A stretch of 64,000 nucleotides of DNA from a virus (taxonomy: Duplodnaviria > Heunggongvirae > Uroviricota > Caudoviricetes): the IMG/VR virus record IMGVR_UViG_3300033076_000838, positions 111,836 to 175,835 of that record, one strand, 5' to 3'. A model generated the notes under the pieces. That model saw nothing but the letters and a program-made list of their open reading frames with translations. It had not been told where the DNA came from and ran no database searches. Below, piece after piece: positions 63,966 to 64,000 of this stretch; the first letter of the stretch is position 1, and each line of letters starts with the position of its first letter. A program made the position numbers and the translations under genes.

Positions 63966-64000
63966 TATATTAAAGATTGTTTTGTAGTGGTTGATGTATT

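Noticed and set aside
1-64000. CRISPR arrays, rRNA genes, integrase or attachment sites
   Set aside because: No regularly spaced direct repeats with unique spacers were seen. There are no rRNA-like conserved blocks. No tyrosine or serine recombinase motifs appear in any ORF-track protein, so there is no evidence for a prophage boundary or mobile-element junction in this window.

Overview
This AT-rich window (about one-third GC by eye) looks like part of a large lytic phage of a Bacteroidetes host. Evidence for the host: more than 20 copies of a roughly 45-bp promoter cassette carrying the Bacteroidetes sigma-A -33 TTTG / -7 TAnnTTTG elements. Nearly all genes are on the + strand and tightly packed, with a short convergent minus-strand cassette at 60955-63965. 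No integrase, rRNA or CRISPR array is visible. Main contents: (1) 1-9.2 kb: a glycan or nucleotide-sugar modification block with SGNH/GDSL-like hydrolases, a cupin protein, a cytidylyltransferase-like gene, a 2OG-Fe(II) oxygenase-like gene, a DegT-like fragment and two tandem paralog pairs. (2) 9.3-28 kb: many small early-type ORFs behind repeated promoters, a 1-kb ORF-free control region, a compositionally distinct GC-richer island at about 12.7-16.7 kb, and parts of an RNA-repair kit (two HAD phosphatases, a 2H phosphoesterase, a P-loop kinase). (3) 28.2-34.6 kb: a PRPP-synthetase-like gene, a HAD protein, a NAMPT-like gene (NAD+ salvage or reconstitution), an SPFH/flotillin gene, a nucleoside 2-deoxyribosyltransferase-like gene, and an Rnl2-type RNA ligase with an N-terminal tRNA-binding OB domain. 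(4) 46.3-53.3 kb: an array of 26 tRNAs plus a clear phage-encoded tmRNA (tag ...NNYALAA), an initiator tRNA, and a roughly 1.4-kb ORF-free, GC-richer, promoter-to-terminator region that is a strong candidate for a large structured ncRNA. (5) 53-64 kb: PhoH, a family of small HExxH proteins, lipoproteins, nucleotide-metabolism hydrolases, Hsp20, and a minus-strand SET-domain plus two-methyltransferase cassette. All coordinates were counted by hand and may be off by 1-2 nt; CDS coordinates follow the supplied ORF track where one exists.
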